Origin: Pseudomonadota bacterium | Lineage (GTDB): Bacteria > Pseudomonadota > Alphaproteobacteria > Micavibrionales > UBA2020 | Length of the DNA: 64,000 nucleotides | Assembly (NCBI GenBank): GCA_021805245.1 | Contig: JAJZFS010000075.1 | Location: 6,872-70,871, forward strand | Reading direction: 5' to 3' | Shown here: one piece after another, positions 50,757-58,761 of the stretch | Numbering within the stretch: the first letter of the stretch is position 1 | Layout of the letters: every line of letters starts with the position of its first letter | Made by a program: the position numbers and the translations under genes | Notes under the pieces: model-generated | Databases searched by the model: none | What the model was told of the DNA's origin: nothing | The model's input: only the letters and a program-made list of their open reading frames with translations

Positions 50757-51976
50757 CAACGTCTTTTTCCGGCAGCCGCATTCTGCTCATTATTTCCGGC
50801 GGGATTGCCGCTTATAAAGCGCTCGAGCTGATCCGCCGTTTGCGCGACAGAAATGCCGATGTCCACTGCATTCTCACCAGCGGCGGTGCGCAATTCGTGA
50901 CGCCCCTGTCGGTCGCGGCCTTGTCAGGCAACAGGGCGCATACGGATCTTTTTTCGCTGACCGACGAAGCGGAAATGGGGCATATCCGCCTTGCGCGCGA
51001 CTGCGATCTGGCGCTGGTCGCGCCCGCGAGCGCGAACCTAATCAGCCGCGCCGCGCAAGGGCGGGCCGACGATCTGGCATCCACCGTTCTGTTGGCGACG
51101 GACAAGCCCATCCTGTTTGCACCGGCGATGAATCCGGTCATGTGGCAAAACGCGGCGGTGCAGGACAATGTCGCGCTCCTGAAAAAGCGCGGCGTGCATT
51201 TTGTCGGCCCCGTTGCGGGCGATATGGCCTGCGGCGAAACGGGGGAAGGACGCCTCGCCGAGGTGCCGGATATTGTCGCCGCCGTGGAGCGTTTTCTGGT
51301 CTGCGAGGGGCCGCTGAAAGGACTCAGGGCGCTGGTGACCAGCGGGCCGACCTTTGAGCCGATCGACCCCGTGCGTTTTATCGGCAACAGGTCGTCCGGC
51401 AAACAGGGGCATGCCATCGCGCAGCAGCTGGCACTGGCCGGTGCGGAGGTCACGCTCGTTTCCGGCCCCGTGCAAGAGCCGGATCCGCCGCGCGTAACGA
51501 CGCGGCATGTCAATACGGCCGCGGAAATGCTGGCGGCCTGCCGCGCTGCCCTGCCGGCCGATATTGCCGTTTGTGCCGCGGCGGTTGGAGACTTCAGGGC
51601 CGAGGAGATCGTGAACCAAAAAATAAAAAAGACCCATGACGCGCCGATGACGCTCCGTCTGGTGCAAAATCAGGACATTCTCGCCACGCTTGCCGCCGGA
51701 AACAGCCGCCCGCGTCTTGTGATCGGCTTTGCGGCCGAGACGGAAGGTACGCTTGAAAACGCCCGGAAAAAACTCGTCGCCAAGGGCTGCGATTGGATCT
51801 TGCTCAATGACGTTTCCGGCGGCAAGGTTTTCGGCGCCGCGCGCAATCGCATCACCTTGCTGAGAAAAGCGGCAGGCGGGGGTATTTTTACGGAAGATTG
51901 GCCCGAACTGGATAAAAGGGAAATCGCACGCGATCTCGTGGGGTTGATCGGCACGCATTTCGCGGCGCGGCCTTAA
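50753..51976 (+). CDS. coaBC: Bifunctional phosphopantothenoylcysteine decarboxylase / synthetase
   Basis: ILLIISGGIAAYKALELIRRL, PAMN..MW, ...SGPT.EPIDPVRFIGNRSSGKQG.... It overlaps coaX as ATGA. Confidence 0.9.
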   Translation: MTTSFSGSRILLIISGGIAAYKALELIRRLRDRNADVHCILTSGGAQFVTPLSVAALSGNRAHTDLFSLTDEAEMGHIRLARDCDLALVAPASANLISRAAQGRADDLASTVLLATDKPILFAPAMNPVMWQNAAVQDNVALLKKRGVHFVGPVAGDMACGETGEGRLAEVPDIVAAVERFLVCEGPLKGLRALVTSGPTFEPIDPVRFIGNRSSGKQGHAIAQQLALAGAEVTLVSGPVQEPDPPRVTTRHVNTAAEMLAACRAALPADIAVCAAAVGDFRAEEIVNQKIKKTHDAPMTLRLVQNQDILATLAAGNSRPRLVIGFAAETEGTLENARKKLVAKGCDWILLNDVSGGKVFGAARNRITLLRKAAGGGIFTEDWPELDKREIARDLVGLIGTHFAARP

Positions 51977-51981
51977 AAAGC

Positions 51982-52785
51982 TCAGCGTCTTTTGCAATAG
52001 CCCTTTAGAATTTTCCACTCCGCTTCGGACATGGCGGGGCGCGTATCCGTGTTATCGTAATCGTTCACCATGTCGATGCGTGCCTGATTGGCGGGGTGAT
52101 TGGAAAGGAATTTATCGGCAAGGCCGGATTTGCCCAGACGTTCGAAAAAGTTCTTGAATCCCGCATTGTTGATGTGCGCGATTTGCAGACGGTGCAAGCC
52201 TGCGGCATCGGCCTGTGATTCTTCGCCGCGGCTGAACGTCATCCTCAAAAATAAGTCCGTTACGTTTTCGTCCGAACCGCTCGAGAAAACCATCCGCAGT
52301 CCCGCGCTGGTAAAAAGGTCGACGATAAAGCCCTGCATGATGTGGCGGTTGCTGACGTGGCCGATTTCATGCGCAAGAACGCCTGCCAGCTCCTCCGGCG
52401 TGCGGGCATGGGCCAGCAGGGCGGAATCGACGTAGATATTCCCGCCCAGCGTGGCATAGGCGTTGACGACAGGGTTTTTGACGATCCTGACCTGGATGGA
52501 AAATTTTTTATCTCCCGGCTCGATCGGGTAAAGGCGGCGCAGCAGTTGTTGCAAAGCCTGCCGTTGCATCCGGTCGGGATGGCAGGATTGTCCCACCTGC
52601 GACGGCAACGCACGGGCGAGGCTTTGCTCCCAGTGCCACGGAATGGCATGCGCGAGCGGCGCGACCCCGCCGGCCAGAAGAACGGCGAACAGGCACGCTG
52701 CCGCTATCCACACCAGCCCCTTCAGCTTGGAAGGCTTATGCAGCGCCGCGTCTTCTTCTTTCTCGTATTCGCAACCTTCTTGCAT
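51982..52785 (-). CDS. M48-family zinc metalloprotease, membrane-anchored
   Basis: ELAGVLAHEIGHVSNRH (HExxH) plus an N-terminal TM segment (GLVWIAAACLFAVLLAGGVA). Confidence 0.8.
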   Translation of the reverse strand: MQEGCEYEKEEDAALHKPSKLKGLVWIAAACLFAVLLAGGVAPLAHAIPWHWEQSLARALPSQVGQSCHPDRMQRQALQQLLRRLYPIEPGDKKFSIQVRIVKNPVVNAYATLGGNIYVDSALLAHARTPEELAGVLAHEIGHVSNRHIMQGFIVDLFTSAGLRMVFSSGSDENVTDLFLRMTFSRGEESQADAAGLHRLQIAHINNAGFKNFFERLGKSGLADKFLSNHPANQARIDMVNDYDNTDTRPAMSEAEWKILKGYCKRR

Positions 52786-52788
52786 GGC

Positions 52789-54048
52789 TTAATGATCGGG
52801 AGGGCGTCCGCCATTGTGTATCCCGAGCCAGACGTAAAATATGATAAGGATGATGGTGCCGATAACGGCGAGGGGGCCGCGCTGCGCGCGCCGCGCCGAA
52901 GCTTTGCTCGCCCTGCCGCCGCGCACGTCCGTGGCCTGCGTCGCCTGAACGAATATCTCCTTGTTCTGGATGATGGCTTGCGCCGGCAGCGTGTCGTGCC
53001 TGGTCGTTACGCCGTCGAATTTTTTGACCGCCGTGCCGATCGCTAGAATTTCGACCAGTCCGCCGCCCATATCGTAGACGTAGGTCTTGACGCCGACGAT
53101 TTCATCCGCGCCGCAGTCGTCCGCGGCTTTTTCGGCGCGCGCGAAGGCTTTTTCGCGGGCCTCGTACAGGAGTTCGGTCAGCGTGCTGACCTCGCCGCCG
53201 GCGATGGTTTTTCCGGCCGCCAGAAGGCCGGAGGTGAAGCCGAGCGCGTAGACCGAAACGCCCATGACCAGGCTGATCGGCAGATAGCCGATATGCACGA
53301 GGTTCCACATTTCCTCGTTGGTCAGGGAGGAGGTGACGGGGTCGTTGGCATAGGCGCTTAAGGCGGGGTGCGTCGCGGCCGTGCCCATCATCAGCATTTC
53401 CTGCGTGCCGAGCACGGGGGTGATGGTCGTCTTGATGCCGACGACGGCGTTCGCGCCGGCCTGTTTCGCTTCGGCTTTGATCCGGTGCAGCGCCAGATGC
53501 CGCGTCTTGTCGAAAATTTCGGTGAACTGCGGCACTTCGCCGCGTTTCAGTCCGCGCAAGAATCCCTTGATTCCGCCGCCGACGCCGATGGAGTAGGCAA
53601 TATTGCCGAACACGAAGTTGTGCGGCGTGAATCCTGAGTCGATCTGGCAGTAAAGCTGCTGCGCGTCGGAATAGGCGGTGAACGCCGGATCCGCGCCGCT
53701 CTGCGTCGGATCTTTCCAGACCGTCGAGCCGAAGGTCAGGAACTCCATATTGGCGCCGTGATTGATCAGGTCGAAGGTTATCCCTGCTACGGCCGTGCCG
53801 TCATGATGGCGGGATTCGGCGAGCATCCGCTCGTAGGCGTTCTTGCGTCCCTTATAGATCAGCTGCGTAATTTCGGTGATCTCGCCGCCGGCGAGGGTCG
53901 AAAGGCCGGCGCCGATGCCGCGCACCACGCCCAAAGACATGACGTTGTTGCCGATGCACAGCGGGCCGGGCTTGTAGCCGAGTTGTTTCAGGCAGTAAAT
54001 TTCATTGCCGGAAAAGCCGGTGACTTTGCGGTGGTCGGTATAGTCCAT
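52789..54048 (-). CDS. Protein with three tandem YbjQ (UPF0145, 'heavy-metal-binding') domains and a C-terminal TM anchor
   Basis: I see three repeats of the pattern ..G.EI...QL.Y.....G....S.G...G....L..GE....T.L.Y..R..A..R...EA...GA..VVG.. (for example GANAVVGIKT and GADEIVGVKT). The tail is LAVIGTIILIIFYVWLGI. Confidence 0.65.
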   Translation of the reverse strand: MDYTDHRKVTGFSGNEIYCLKQLGYKPGPLCIGNNVMSLGVVRGIGAGLSTLAGGEITEITQLIYKGRKNAYERMLAESRHHDGTAVAGITFDLINHGANMEFLTFGSTVWKDPTQSGADPAFTAYSDAQQLYCQIDSGFTPHNFVFGNIAYSIGVGGGIKGFLRGLKRGEVPQFTEIFDKTRHLALHRIKAEAKQAGANAVVGIKTTITPVLGTQEMLMMGTAATHPALSAYANDPVTSSLTNEEMWNLVHIGYLPISLVMGVSVYALGFTSGLLAAGKTIAGGEVSTLTELLYEAREKAFARAEKAADDCGADEIVGVKTYVYDMGGGLVEILAIGTAVKKFDGVTTRHDTLPAQAIIQNKEIFVQATQATDVRGGRASKASARRAQRGPLAVIGTIILIIFYVWLGIHNGGRPPDH

Positions 54049-54153
54049 TTAAAAGCCTTCTTTATAAAAATGCGCCATTTTCAAATCTAGAACGGTTTTA
54101 TTAAAAACAGGTAAAGAGGCCGTATATTTGCGGCGCTGTTTTCCAATACGCGA

Positions 54154-54729
54154 TCACGGCACTCCGAGATAGTTCTCCAGAAGATTGTCAATCAGGGTTT
54201 TGGCGCTGTCGGAGCCGACGATATCCAGCTTGCCGCCAAGCGCGAGAATGCATATGCCGTGAATGCTTGCCCACAGCACCTTGGCGCGGCGGCGGCTTTT
54301 ATGCGGATCCCGCGTGTGGGCGAGCAGCGTTTCTTCGATTAGGCGGAAATGGCGGTCGATCTTTTCGCGGTACCAGTCCGGCGGCAGCGTCTTGGCGTGA
54401 AACTCGAACAGCGTCGTCCAGCGGTTGTAGTGCTGCTTGGCGAAATCAAGGTAAGCGTAAGCGAGATAGCGTATCTTGTCCTTTTTCGTTTTGCGCAGTC
54501 CCGCCGCGAGCGTGGCGTGCCAGGCATCCAGAATGCGCGCATTAATGTGGAATATCAGCCCGTCATAGCTGCCGAACACGTTATAGAGTGTGCCGACGGT
54601 ATAGCCCATGCGCTCCGCCGCCGCCCGTGCGCTGAATCCGGAAAGGCCTTTTTCATCAATAATTTCAAGAGATTTTGCGAGGGCAAGTTCCGTTAACTCT
54701 TGTCTGTTATGATCGGACCGGCGGGCCAT
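54154..54729 (-). CDS. TetR-family transcriptional regulator
   Basis: The N-terminal HTH reads ..ELTELALAKSLEIIDEKGLSGFSARAAAERMGYTVGTLYNVFGSYDGLI... I chose the start at M42 of the ORF (54729). Confidence 0.85.
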   Translation of the reverse strand: MARRSDHNRQELTELALAKSLEIIDEKGLSGFSARAAAERMGYTVGTLYNVFGSYDGLIFHINARILDAWHATLAAGLRKTKKDKIRYLAYAYLDFAKQHYNRWTTLFEFHAKTLPPDWYREKIDRHFRLIEETLLAHTRDPHKSRRRAKVLWASIHGICILALGGKLDIVGSDSAKTLIDNLLENYLGVP

Positions 54730-54759
54730 GGTGCCTCTCTTAATTATACAGTGTAAAAT

Positions 54760-54784
54760 TAATATTGAACACTGTTCAATATTA
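54760..54784. promoter_or_regulatory. Perfect 25-bp palindrome, candidate TetR operator
   Basis: TAATATTGAACA-C-TGTTCAATATTA has 12-bp arms, which I checked by hand. It lies between the divergent tetR (ATG 54729) and DUF2339 (ATG 54840) genes. It overlaps a possible TTGAAC-17 nt-TAGGAT promoter and sits next to a perfect minus-strand TATAAT (54743..54748). Confidence 0.6.
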
Positions 54785-54839
54785 TGGTAGGATGAAGGTA
54801 TAGTCAAGATGAATCTGACCGGAAGAGCGGGAGGACGAC

Positions 54840-57458
54840 ATGATTGAGACATTGTTGCTGATAGGCGCCGTTATTTTTCTCGTCTATGCCATTCTGCCCT
54901 GGGTGACGCATGTGCAGTTGAAAGATCTGCAAGGCGAAGTGCGGCGGCTGAGGGACGAGGTGCGCGCCATGAAAGGGCAGTCGCCGATCAAAGCTCCCGC
55001 GCCTGTTCCCGCAGAAAATCCTGCAGCGCAACCCGCGCCACAGCCCGCACCGCCGCAGAAAAAAGCCGTCGCGCAATATACTTATATTGCCCGCACGAAC
55101 ACACCCGCCGAGGCACTGCGGTCTTCTGCGGCAGACGGCGCCCCAGCATGGAAACGCGGATTCGAAATGCAGTTCGGCACGCGTCTGCCCGTCTGGATCG
55201 GCGGCATCGCCCTTGCGTTCGCCGGATTTTACTTTGTCAGATATTCGATCGATGCGGGCTGGCTTAATCCGGCGGTGCGCGAGGGCCTTGGCCTCCTGGC
55301 GGGGCTGGCCGGTATTTCCGCCGCGCGGAAAATCATGAACAGCAAAAAAATCGCCGACAACGTGCGCATCGCGCAGTCTCTCGCGGGTGCTGGCGTCGCC
55401 GATCTTTATTTCTGCCTGTTCGCGGCGACGAACCTTTACGGTCTGATCTCGCCAGTGACGGGTTTCGCGGGCATGGCCGTGGTGACGGCGCTCGCCGTTC
55501 TCCTCTCGTTGTGGTACGGCGCGCCGGTCGCGCTGCTGGGTATGGCCGGCGGCTTTCTGACGCCCGCCGTCATGGGCTCTTCCCATCCTTCGGCGCCGAT
55601 GTTCTTTGCCTATCTTTATGCCGTTTCCCTCGGCTTCATGATCGTGATCCGCCAGCGGAGGTGGTGGACAATGGGCCTGCTGGTCGTGGCGGCGGGCTTT
55701 TTGTGGCTGGCGTTCTGGTTGGGCAGCGGGGCTTTTATCGCCGCTGCGGCCTTCTGGCCCGGTCTTTTCCTGCTGGCGCTGGCGGCGACGGCCGTGCTGC
55801 TGCTGCGCCCGCAAGGCGATGAAACCGAAAAGAGCCCCGCGCCGAAGTATTTTTCATGGCTGACGGCGGGCGGCAGCGTCGTCCTGATGTGCCTGCTGGG
55901 ATACAAAACAGGGTTCGACGGCCTTTCGCTCGGGATGCTCTGGCTGCTCTCCGCCGGCGGCATCGTCATGGCGCGGTTTAACAACAAACTCTACGGTTTT
56001 GTCCCGCCACTCGCCTTGACGGCAGGCGCCGCCGTTCTCGCGGGGCTGGCCGCCGCGCCGGGAAGAGCGGGGCTGGCGCTGATCGCTTTCAGCGCGCTCT
56101 ATGCCGCTAGCGGATATTTTCTGCAATCGCGCACCGCCACTCCGCGCTTGTGGAGCGGCCTTGCGACGGGGTCCGTCCTGCTGTTTTATCTGATCGGCTA
56201 CGGCAAACTGCATAACACGCTGCACCTTGCGGCGGGACCGTATTTCTGGGGCATGCTGGCGCTGACGCTGGGAGCGGTTGCCGCATGCATCACGGGAAAG
56301 CTGCATAAGGATATTCCCGATAGCAACGTGCACAAACTTTTTATTGTAGGCCTCTATGCCGCAGCGGCGACGGCCTTTATCTCCATCTGCCTCGCGCTGG
56401 AGCTGGAGCATACGTTCCTGCCGCTGGCGATTGCGGGCGAAGTGCTGGCGCTTTGCTGGATCAACGCGCGCTCGGGCCTCGCGGTGTTCAGAAAACTGGC
56501 CGCCGTGCTGGGTTGCGTATATGGCGTGCTGATGATGTTCAAGGTGGCGCTGGCCTTTAACGTCATTGCTTTCGGCAGCGGCTACGGCGCGGGCATGTCG
56601 GTCCTGTGGCATCCGCTGGTGCAACTGGCGCTGCCGGCGGCGCTGTTTCTCGCAGCCGCCACGTTTTTGCGGCAAAGGGAAGACGGCAGTCTGCCACACA
56701 GACTGGAGATTTCCGCCGTGCTGCTGTTCGGCGCGGGCGCACATTTCTTCGCATACCGGATATTGTACCCGGGACAGAACCCTCTGCACATCACGAGTAA
56801 CTTTACCGAGCGTGGCATCCTCACCGACATGATGTTTGCCTATGCCGCTTTTTGCCTCTATGCCGGGCGCGAGCTGGGGCGCAAGTCGTTCGTGCAGGCG
56901 GGGTGCGTGCTGATGGCGCTGGCCGTTGTCAGGGTCGGTCTGCTGGATGCCGTCGCTTACAACCCCTTGTTTAATGCCAGCCAGAACGTCGGCGGCGTGC
57001 CTTTGCTCAACAGCCTGCTGCTGACATATGGCGTCCCCATACCGCTGCTGGCAACGACAGTGTGGCTGTTGCCGCAAGAATCGCAGACAGGCAATTGGGG
57101 AAAAATGCTGCGTTTCGCCATGCTTGCGCTCGGCTTCATGCTTGTCTCGCTCGAAGTGCGGCAGGCCTTCCATGGCGCGCATCTGGCAGGAGGCTTCACA
57201 TCCAATGCGGAAATCTACGCCTATTCCCTTGCGTGGATGGTCATGGCCATCGGCCTGCTGTTCTATGGCACGCTGAAACATAACAAAACCATGCGCATCG
57301 TGGCGCTCGCCTTGATGATCCTTGTCGTGTGCAAGGTCTTTCTCTACGATGCGGCGGCGCTGCAGGGTCTGCTCAGAGTCGCGTCGTTCTTCGGATTGGG
57401 GTTGAGTCTGCTGGCCTTAAGCTGGTTCTACACGCGATTTATCGTCGAAAAGGTTTAA
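54840..57458 (+). CDS. DUF2339-family polytopic membrane protein (872 aa)
   Basis: It has an N-terminal TM segment, a coiled coil (LKDLQGEVRRLRDEVRAMKG), a Pro/Ala linker and then more than 20 hydrophobic helices. GGAGGA lies upstream. Confidence 0.7.
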   Translation: MIETLLLIGAVIFLVYAILPWVTHVQLKDLQGEVRRLRDEVRAMKGQSPIKAPAPVPAENPAAQPAPQPAPPQKKAVAQYTYIARTNTPAEALRSSAADGAPAWKRGFEMQFGTRLPVWIGGIALAFAGFYFVRYSIDAGWLNPAVREGLGLLAGLAGISAARKIMNSKKIADNVRIAQSLAGAGVADLYFCLFAATNLYGLISPVTGFAGMAVVTALAVLLSLWYGAPVALLGMAGGFLTPAVMGSSHPSAPMFFAYLYAVSLGFMIVIRQRRWWTMGLLVVAAGFLWLAFWLGSGAFIAAAAFWPGLFLLALAATAVLLLRPQGDETEKSPAPKYFSWLTAGGSVVLMCLLGYKTGFDGLSLGMLWLLSAGGIVMARFNNKLYGFVPPLALTAGAAVLAGLAAAPGRAGLALIAFSALYAASGYFLQSRTATPRLWSGLATGSVLLFYLIGYGKLHNTLHLAAGPYFWGMLALTLGAVAACITGKLHKDIPDSNVHKLFIVGLYAAAATAFISICLALELEHTFLPLAIAGEVLALCWINARSGLAVFRKLAAVLGCVYGVLMMFKVALAFNVIAFGSGYGAGMSVLWHPLVQLALPAALFLAAATFLRQREDGSLPHRLEISAVLLFGAGAHFFAYRILYPGQNPLHITSNFTERGILTDMMFAYAAFCLYAGRELGRKSFVQAGCVLMALAVVRVGLLDAVAYNPLFNASQNVGGVPLLNSLLLTYGVPIPLLATTVWLLPQESQTGNWGKMLRFAMLALGFMLVSLEVRQAFHGAHLAGGFTSNAEIYAYSLAWMVMAIGLLFYGTLKHNKTMRIVALALMILVVCKVFLYDAAALQGLLRVASFFGLGLSLLALSWFYTRFIVEKV

Positions 57459-57462
57459 AAGG

Positions 57463-58761
57463 ATGTCGTCGCAATTCACCCTGCTGAAAAGCCGCCGCTT
57501 TCTGCCGCTGTTTACCACGCAATTTTTTGGCGCGTTTAACGACAACGCCTTCAAAAGCGCCATCGGCATTCTCGCTACCTATCACGCGGGGCTGATCGCG
57601 GGCTTTCAGCCGAAGATGATCGTCACGGCGGGCACGGGGATTTTCGTTTTGCCGTTCTTCCTCTTTTCCGCGACGGCGGGGCAGCTGGCCGACAAGGTCG
57701 ACAAAGGCCGGATGATCCGCGTCGTTCGTTTTTGCGAAATCCCCTTCATGGCGCTGGCGGCGCTCGGCTTCGCGCTGGAGAACTACTATATATTATTGGC
57801 GGTTCTTTTCTGCGCGGGCGTGCAGGCGGCGTTTTTCGGTCCGCTAAAATACAGCATTCTGCCGCAGCATCTGGAGGCGGGCGAGATCGTCGGCGGCAAC
57901 GCGCTGGTCGAGGCGGGCACGTTCATCGCCGTTTTGCTCGGCACGATCGCGGGTGCGACGCTGATCCTGGCCGCGCGCGGCGTCATCATCGTTTCCGTCA
58001 TGATTCTGGCGGTTGCGGTTTCCGGCTGGGCGGCGAGCCTGGGCATTCCGCCGGCGCCGAGCAGCACGCCCCGTCTGAAGGTCAATCTCAATTTCCCGGC
58101 CGAGACATGGCGCCTGATGCGGCATGCGTACAAGGAAAAGGACGTGTTTCTCTCCATCATCGGCATTTCGTGGTTCTGGCTGGTAGGGTCGATTTTCATT
58201 ACGCAGTTTCCGACCTATGCCAATGCGGCGCTGCATGCGAACCAGAACGTCGTCACGCTGTTTCTGACGCTTTTCTCGCTCGGCATCGCCTTCGGCGCGC
58301 TGATCTGCAACAAGCTGCTGAAGGGGGAGATCAGCGGCGTTTATGTGCCCGCAGGCGCGTCCGGCATGACGGTGTGCATTTTTCTGCTCTGGCTGGCGAC
58401 GCCGCACCATGCTATGCATGGCGCGCTGGTCAGCCTGACGCAATTCGTTTCAAGGCCTGGCAACTGGCCGTTGCTGGGGAGTTTGCTCGGCGTGTCCGTC
58501 TTCGGCGGCATTTATATCGTTCCGCTTTATGCCATCATGCAGACGCGTTGCGAGGACAGTTTCCGCTCGCGTACCATCGCCGTCAACAACATCATGAACG
58601 CGCTTTTCATGGTCACGGGGTCGCTCGTCACGATGGGGCTTTTGAAGATGAACGTCGGCGTGACGGAGCTGTTCCTGCTGATCGGCATTGCCAACATTCC
58701 CGCGGCGTTTTTGACGAAGCGCCTCGTCCATAAGAGACGCGCGGCGAAAGGAGAAAAATGA
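57463..58761 (+). CDS. lplT: MFS transporter, lysophospholipid transporter LplT-like
   Basis: It is a 12-TM MFS with the N-terminal FLPLFTTQFFGAFNDNAFK motif. It sits directly upstream of aas with an ATGA overlap, as in the E. coli lplT-aas operon. Confidence 0.7.
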   Translation: MSSQFTLLKSRRFLPLFTTQFFGAFNDNAFKSAIGILATYHAGLIAGFQPKMIVTAGTGIFVLPFFLFSATAGQLADKVDKGRMIRVVRFCEIPFMALAALGFALENYYILLAVLFCAGVQAAFFGPLKYSILPQHLEAGEIVGGNALVEAGTFIAVLLGTIAGATLILAARGVIIVSVMILAVAVSGWAASLGIPPAPSSTPRLKVNLNFPAETWRLMRHAYKEKDVFLSIIGISWFWLVGSIFITQFPTYANAALHANQNVVTLFLTLFSLGIAFGALICNKLLKGEISGVYVPAGASGMTVCIFLLWLATPHHAMHGALVSLTQFVSRPGNWPLLGSLLGVSVFGGIYIVPLYAIMQTRCEDSFRSRTIAVNNIMNALFMVTGSLVTMGLLKMNVGVTELFLLIGIANIPAAFLTKRLVHKRRAAKGEK

